This document shows, piece by piece, positions 7,953 through 13,479 of a DNA stretch of 15,215 bases; the first letter of the stretch is position 1; every line of letters begins with the position of its first letter. A program made the translations under genes and the position numbers. The notes below the pieces were generated by a model that saw nothing but the letters and a program-made list of their open reading frames with translations, searched no databases and was not told the DNA's origin. This stretch comes from Candidatus Hodarchaeum mangrovi (GTDB lineage: Archaea; Asgardarchaeota; Heimdallarchaeia; Hodarchaeales; Hodarchaeaceae). Where the stretch lies: positions 1 to 15,215 of the forward strand of contig JAEOUE010000222.1 of the NCBI GenBank assembly GCA_016839515.1. The letters run 5' to 3'.

Positions 7953-8829
7953 GATTGTAGAAAAGGAAGAATATGTACCTAATATTCATAAATTTGTGGT
8001 TTCCGTTCCCAAAATTGCACAAAAGACCCAACCAGGACAATTTATTCTTGTCATGGCTGATGAAAAGTCTGAAAGAATTCCTTTGACGTTAGCTGATTGG
8101 GATCCCATTTCAGGTACAATAACTTTCTTCGTTCAAGAATTAGGATTATCTACAACTAAAATGGCATATATGGAGGTACAGGATTCATTTTATTCAATTG
8201 TAGGTCCTTTAGGAAAACCTGCATACTTGGCAAAATTTGGTACTGTTGTTACGTCAGGGGGATGTTTTGGATTAGGTGGAATTTATTCAATTACTAAAGG
8301 GTTGAAAGAGCTTGATAATCAAATTATATCAATTTTAGAAGCAAAAAATGAAAGCCTTCTTTATTTTGAAGACGAGTTCCAAGAAATTAGTGATGAGGTT
8401 ATTTTTGTTACAGGTGATGGATCGAAAGGTACCAAGGGGCACATTTATGACGTCTTGGAAGACATTATTTCTACTCAAAAAAGAGAAATAGATCATATTA
8501 AGGTTATAGGCTGTAATGTAATGATGAGTAAGGTGGCGAAATTAACAAAAGAGCTTGGGAACATTCCTACCTATGCAACAGTATCAAGTATAATGGTTGA
8601 TGGTACTGGCATGTGTGGAGCTTGTAGACTTACTTATGATGGAAAAACAAAATTTGCATGTGTAGATGGACCTGAATTTGATGCACACAAGATAGATTGG
8701 GATGAACTAATCGGTGTACGAAATACAGCCTACATTCGTGAAGAATCGCTAAGTTTACAAAACTTTTCACCCCAATGTAAATCTTTAGCGAAATTTTTGG
8801 AAAAAAATATTGAGAAGGGATCAGTTTGA
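7939..8829 (+). CDS. nfnA: NfnA/SudB-type small subunit (FAD, [2Fe-2S]) of NADH-dependent ferredoxin:NADP+ oxidoreductase; NAD-site variant
   Basis: QPGQFI, ERIPLTLAD, VGPLG and MVDGTGMCGACR...FACVDGPEFDAH (Asp/Cys3 [2Fe-2S] signature of NfnA). Overlaps both neighbouring genes. Confidence 0.9.
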   Translation: MLEFKIVEKEEYVPNIHKFVVSVPKIAQKTQPGQFILVMADEKSERIPLTLADWDPISGTITFFVQELGLSTTKMAYMEVQDSFYSIVGPLGKPAYLAKFGTVVTSGGCFGLGGIYSITKGLKELDNQIISILEAKNESLLYFEDEFQEISDEVIFVTGDGSKGTKGHIYDVLEDIISTQKREIDHIKVIGCNVMMSKVAKLTKELGNIPTYATVSSIMVDGTGMCGACRLTYDGKTKFACVDGPEFDAHKIDWDELIGVRNTAYIREESLSLQNFSPQCKSLAKFLEKNIEKGSV

Positions 8830-10559
8830 AGGCGAAGGAACGAATGGATATTCAACGGACTGAGATGCCATCTCAACCAGCTTCAGTTCGGGCAAAGAAT
8901 TTCAGGGAGGTCCCATATGGATATACTGAAGAAATGGCTTTAGCTGAGGCCAGTCGTTGTTTAAGCTGCAAAAAACCAAAATGTGAAGAAGGTTGTCCAG
9001 TATTTGTTCCAATACCTGAATTTATAAGTTTAATACAGGAAGGAAAGTTTCTAGAAGCAGCATGGAAGATTAAAGAGAAAAATGTCCTTCCAGCTATATG
9101 TGGTAGAGTTTGTCCTCAGGAAAATCAATGTGAGGGGATGTGTATCCGTGGAAAGAAGGAAAAGCCAGTTGCAATAGGAAATCTCGAACGATTTGTAGCT
9201 GATTACGAAAGATTAAGCGGTTTTGTGCCTAAACCTTTGATCGTAAAGAAGAATGGAAAAAAAATAGCCATAATCGGAAGTGGGCCATCAGGATTAACTG
9301 TTGCTGGTGATCTAATTAAACTTGGATATGAAGTCTCTGTATTTGAAGCTTTTCATCGTGGTGGTGGTGTTCTTGTTTATGGAATTCCTGAATTTCGACT
9401 ACCTAAATCTGTTGTGGAATATGAGATTCGCAATCTAAAAAATCAAGGTGTTCAATTTGTCTATAATAATGTAATTGGACGTATTAGAACCATTGATGAA
9501 TTATTCGCAAACGATAACTTTGATGCAATTTACATTGGGGTTGGGGCAGGATTACCAGTTTTTTTGAATATTCCTGGGGAAAATCTTAAAGGAGTTTATT
9601 CTTCAAACGAATATCTGACTCGCTCAAATTTAATGAAAGCATATCTTTATCCAGAATATAATACGCCCCTTGTCCGTGGGAAAAATGTTGTAGTTGTTGG
9701 TGGTGGGAATGTAGCAATGGATTCAGCTCGTACAGCCCTTCGTTTAGATGCTAAAAATGTATATATAGTATATCGACGATCTAGAGAACAAATGCCTGCC
9801 AGATTGGAAGAAATTCATCATGCTGAAGAGGAAGGAATCCAATTTATGTTATTATCAAACCCTGTTGAGATTTTCGGGGATGAACAGGGTCGTGTAAGCA
9901 AAATAAAGTGTCAAAGATACAAACTTGGAGAACCAGATAAATCGGGTCGGGCTCGTCCGATTCCAATCGAGGGAGAGTTTTTTGAGTTAGAGACTGACTT
10001 ATTAATAATTTCAATCGGGAATAAGGCAAACCCACTTATTACAATGACTACACCTGATTTAGAAGTTAATAAATGGGGAAATATTGTAGCAGATGACTTT
10101 GGCCGCACTAGTAAACCTTTTGTTTATGCAGGTGGAGATATAGTCACAGGTGCAGCAACTGTCATATCAGCTATGGGTGCAGGTAGACGTGCTGCAATAG
10201 CAATCCATGAAGATCTATTCCCAGAAGAGAAAGAAGAACCTGAACTATTAATTGTCCCAATTGAAGCTATAAAAATTGAAGAAGCTTCAATTTATCCAAA
10301 TTCTACAGTAGTAAACATTTCTTTGAAAAATAATTCTAATAAGGAACTAGATAAGGTAAAAATTTCGGTTTCACATGTTCAGGAATTGTTTGAGCAGGCC
10401 TTATTAGATATTACAATTTTACGCTGGCTTCCCAATGAAATACAAAAATTAGAATGTCCTAGGATTCATGAAAATGAAAAGGATTACCTTCTGTCAGTAA
10501 AGGATATAAGTGGAATTCTATTATCTAAAATTATTAATGCTGAAAAAATTATGAAGTAA
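8826..10559 (+). CDS. nfnB: NfnB/SudA (GltD-like) large bifurcating subunit with an extra ~110-aa C-terminal extension
   Basis: EASRCLSCKKPKCEEGCP, CGRVCPQENQCEGMC, GNLERF, IIGSGPSGL (FAD), YGIPEFRLPK, GGGNVAMD and YRR (NADPH), YAGGDIVTGAATVISAMGAG. The family core ends near 10220. TTG start overlaps the nfnA stop (TTGA). Confidence 0.93.
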   Translation: MKAKERMDIQRTEMPSQPASVRAKNFREVPYGYTEEMALAEASRCLSCKKPKCEEGCPVFVPIPEFISLIQEGKFLEAAWKIKEKNVLPAICGRVCPQENQCEGMCIRGKKEKPVAIGNLERFVADYERLSGFVPKPLIVKKNGKKIAIIGSGPSGLTVAGDLIKLGYEVSVFEAFHRGGGVLVYGIPEFRLPKSVVEYEIRNLKNQGVQFVYNNVIGRIRTIDELFANDNFDAIYIGVGAGLPVFLNIPGENLKGVYSSNEYLTRSNLMKAYLYPEYNTPLVRGKNVVVVGGGNVAMDSARTALRLDAKNVYIVYRRSREQMPARLEEIHHAEEEGIQFMLLSNPVEIFGDEQGRVSKIKCQRYKLGEPDKSGRARPIPIEGEFFELETDLLIISIGNKANPLITMTTPDLEVNKWGNIVADDFGRTSKPFVYAGGDIVTGAATVISAMGAGRRAAIAIHEDLFPEEKEEPELLIVPIEAIKIEEASIYPNSTVVNISLKNNSNKELDKVKISVSHVQELFEQALLDITILRWLPNEIQKLECPRIHENEKDYLLSVKDISGILLSKIINAEKIMK

Positions 10560-10596
10560 TTTACCTCTGTGATAATTCAGGAAATTTACTAAGTGA

Positions 10597-11001
10597 TTAT
10601 TCCAAATTTAATGAATTAAAAGCAGCAATAATATCATACGAAGAAATAATCCCAACAAGTTTATTACTCTCTGGATTTCGTACAGGGAGCCGTTTTATCT
10701 TATGCTTTAACATAAGTAAAAATGCTGCTTTAATATTTTCTTCAGAAGAAATGGTAATAAGATTTTTAGTTGCCACATCTCTCGCTTTGATTTCACAAGG
10801 ATTACTGCATTCTATTACTACTCTTGATACTATATCCCGAAGAGTAATGATACCAATATTTAGATCATCAAGACTTTCACATACTAGGATTGAACCAATT
10901 ACATTTTCCATCATTAATCTAGAAACAGTAACAATGGTCTCTTCTGGACTTACAAATATGATATTTCGTACCATTAAATCTCTAACTTTAACAACATTCA
11001 C
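10597..11001 (-). CDS. Stand-alone CBS-pair (Bateman module) protein, putative adenylate sensor
   Basis: VRDLMVRN...IGSILV...GIITLRD and ARDVATKN...IKRLPV...GIISSYD give two CBS motifs, each with G-h-h-T/S-x-x-D. GTG start is 11 nt downstream of the upstream gene's stop. Confidence 0.92.
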   Translation of the reverse strand: MNVVKVRDLMVRNIIFVSPEETIVTVSRLMMENVIGSILVCESLDDLNIGIITLRDIVSRVVIECSNPCEIKARDVATKNLITISSEENIKAAFLLMLKHKIKRLPVRNPESNKLVGIISSYDIIAAFNSLNLE

Positions 11002-11012
11002 TAGAGCTCAAC

Positions 11013-11996
11013 TTATCCTATGATTCGCTTTAATTTGATTGTTTCTTCCTTATCATCAATTTTTAGGAAGTAAATATAGCTTTTCGTGAGATTAGCTTTA
11101 AAGTTTATTTCCTTTACTTCATCTGGTTTCCAAGTTGTAATTTGCGTTTTATGAATATCTTTACCAAAAAATCCTTCAGATTGCATGATTTTTACAGAGA
11201 TATCAACTAATTCAATATTTCCAGAGTTTAATAGTTCGAGCTTGATCGTGTCATTGATTATCATTCCAACGATTCGAATACTCTTAATTTTTAAGTCTTT
11301 TTTCTCTTTCTTCCCTTTTTCTTCTTTTATATCCTGTACTGGGACACTAAATCTGAGTATATTAGGTCGTGAGAGTCTTTTTTCTAAAAGTTGGGGGGTT
11401 GGGGTTCTAATATCACTTACAGCTGTTTGGAGTTTAGAAAGAGGTACTCTCGGGATTAATGACTGGCAAATATTATTTAATTCATCAATCACACTCTTAA
11501 CACTCGATTCAGAAATTTCTTTTTCAACAGCGGTATCAGAAAATTCGAGTTTTTTTTCCACAAGCATACACATCTTAGCGTCCAGATTTACCTCCAAATT
11601 AGTTTTTAATTCCTGAAGAATCTCATGAGCGATAAATGACACTGATGCAGGGGCTTTAACAATCAAAACAAATCGCTCATATTGCCATTTCTTAGAATCC
11701 ATACCTAAACGACGCTTTTTTCTTTTAGATTTACAAAAAAATAGAGTAGCAGAATAGATCTTATTTTGGATCTCTAGATCAATATGTGTAAGTTTTTCTG
11801 AATCTAGAAATCGATCTTGATGCCACCAAATTGAATGAACCGATAGAATCCTTTTTTCAGCTTCGTTTTGCATTAAATTACTTGGATATGAAAATAGAGG
11901 GATATGTCCTTTTAATTCATCAAAAAAATAGATAAAGACGCCGTAATGTTTTTCATCAGGAGAATTCTCCTTAGAACTGTTACCCAGATTCGACAA
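11013..11996 (-). CDS. Hypothetical protein: N-terminal longin/uDENN-like domain, linker, C-terminal Ig/CARDB-like domain
   Basis: 327-aa ORF with TTG start and AAGGA upstream. GVFIYFFDELKGHIPLFSYP resembles the uDENN/NPRL2-type start (h-h-h-x-F-D-x3-G-P...Y-P). Paralogous to 12166-13095. The fold call is inference. Confidence 0.75.
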   Translation of the reverse strand: MSNLGNSSKENSPDEKHYGVFIYFFDELKGHIPLFSYPSNLMQNEAEKRILSVHSIWWHQDRFLDSEKLTHIDLEIQNKIYSATLFFCKSKRKKRRLGMDSKKWQYERFVLIVKAPASVSFIAHEILQELKTNLEVNLDAKMCMLVEKKLEFSDTAVEKEISESSVKSVIDELNNICQSLIPRVPLSKLQTAVSDIRTPTPQLLEKRLSRPNILRFSVPVQDIKEEKGKKEKKDLKIKSIRIVGMIINDTIKLELLNSGNIELVDISVKIMQSEGFFGKDIHKTQITTWKPDEVKEINFKANLTKSYIYFLKIDDKEETIKLKRIIG

Positions 11997-12165
11997 ACTT
12001 CGACTAGTCCTTATCCATTAATTCTAATGTCCCTAATTATCACTTACTCAGGGGGAGTTGTGCAGATATACTTGGGAAGTAGATCTCTTTATTTTTTTCG
12101 TTTCGAGATTTTAAAAAACTTATTTTTCCATTAGAACTTTTTTTGTGTTCTATAAATTATTTTTT

Positions 12166-13095
12166 TTATAATGGATCAATTTTTAATGATTTAATTGCAA
12201 TGGTTGTTTTTCGACTACTTACTTTGATCAAATAATTTTGAATTTCGTCGGATTGAGTAAAATCAAGGATTATATCTTCCTTTTGGGGCCAAAGATCTAG
12301 TTTTTGTTCCCAGACAGTTTCACTAAAAAACTCTGAGCGTTTAGAAACATGAATAAGAACATCTTTCAGGTCTATATTTTTTTCATTAAAAAGAATCACA
12401 AGTATATGGCCAGGATCATCATCTGTAGAAAAAGTACGCATAGATATTTTTTGTTTATAAAGTGGAGTTGAATATTTTATTATATCAGAACTTTTTTCTT
12501 CAATTATCTCTTCTGGAAGAGTTGTAGACGTTTTTTTATTACTAGATTGTGATAAATTGAATATGAAAGTAAGCCAAGCTTCCTCGAACTGTCTATTAAG
12601 TCGGGCTATTTTTAAAGCATTCTTCAAAAAAAATTGTTTTTTAAGTGGATTTGAGGTGTATTTCTCTCGTTTATGAAGTAAATCGATATTTACACTTACT
12701 ATTTCTTCAATTTTCTTCTTTAAGCTCAATAAAAATGTGTTTTCGATCTGTTGAGTCTTGGATAGCTTAATTATAATAGCATAGATTCGTTGATTTAGAT
12801 TTTTATAATCTGATTGTAAGTTTTCATTTAATAAAACTGCAGCATAGATATAATTGGTTATTTTTAAATCGACTCGAATAGGAATATCGTCGATCTTCCA
12901 AATAGAATGCGTTTTTAAAATATTTTTCTCATTTTGGTCATCTTTCAGGTGAGGGGGTATACTATAAAGAAGTAAAAGTCCATCAATATTATCAAGAGAG
13001 CAGAGAAAAAAGCTTGGGGGTTTTAATGGTGTTCTAGATAATATGGAATCGTCAAAATCTGCCACTTCTCTATCAAAAAAAGGATCTCTCTTCAT
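12166..13095 (-). CDS. Hypothetical protein, paralogue of 11013-11996 (longin/uDENN-like plus Ig/CARDB-like domain)
   Basis: 309-aa ORF. It shares D-x3-G-x5-S-x-P-x2-L-x5-EKxILxxHSIW...DLxIxNxIYxAxL and the C-terminal motif with the neighbouring ORF. Confidence 0.75.
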   Translation of the reverse strand: MKRDPFFDREVADFDDSILSRTPLKPPSFFLCSLDNIDGLLLLYSIPPHLKDDQNEKNILKTHSIWKIDDIPIRVDLKITNYIYAAVLLNENLQSDYKNLNQRIYAIIIKLSKTQQIENTFLLSLKKKIEEIVSVNIDLLHKREKYTSNPLKKQFFLKNALKIARLNRQFEEAWLTFIFNLSQSSNKKTSTTLPEEIIEEKSSDIIKYSTPLYKQKISMRTFSTDDDPGHILVILFNEKNIDLKDVLIHVSKRSEFFSETVWEQKLDLWPQKEDIILDFTQSDEIQNYLIKVSSRKTTIAIKSLKIDPL

Positions 13096-13479
13096 TCTTC
13101 TTCATAGCCTATTAATTTATTAATGAACATTAGCTTATTCAAAGTTTATTAAATACAGATTCGATAATAGATATTATACTTCTTGTTTTTTCTTGATGGA
13201 AATGGACTTATTATATTAAATATAGTTTTCTGTGAATTTTAATGTAAAAATCTTAATTTTTAATCATTTATTTTCTTATTGTTTACAATTTTTTGGGAGA
13301 CTTAGTTTGTAAGGAATAAATAAATTCTTAAATTCTTGAATAAATCCAGAATCAAAGATAAAAATCGTTAGAAGTGGCTTTATATCTAAATTGAATCAAC
13401 TAATTATTTTCTAAAAAGAACTCAGATAAACAAATAATTTTTCTTTGAATATGTATAGACCTTATTGGAGAAGAATCAT

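Noticed and set aside
8826-10559. Glutamate synthase small subunit
   Set aside because: No GltB large subunit is nearby, and the gene overlaps an NfnA-type gene, which is the standard Nfn/Sud arrangement.
13096-13479. CRISPR, tRNA, IS or ncRNA in the AT-rich intergenic regions
   Set aside because: No regular direct repeats, cloverleaf, terminal inverted repeats or GC-rich stems were visible. It is most simply a divergent promoter region.
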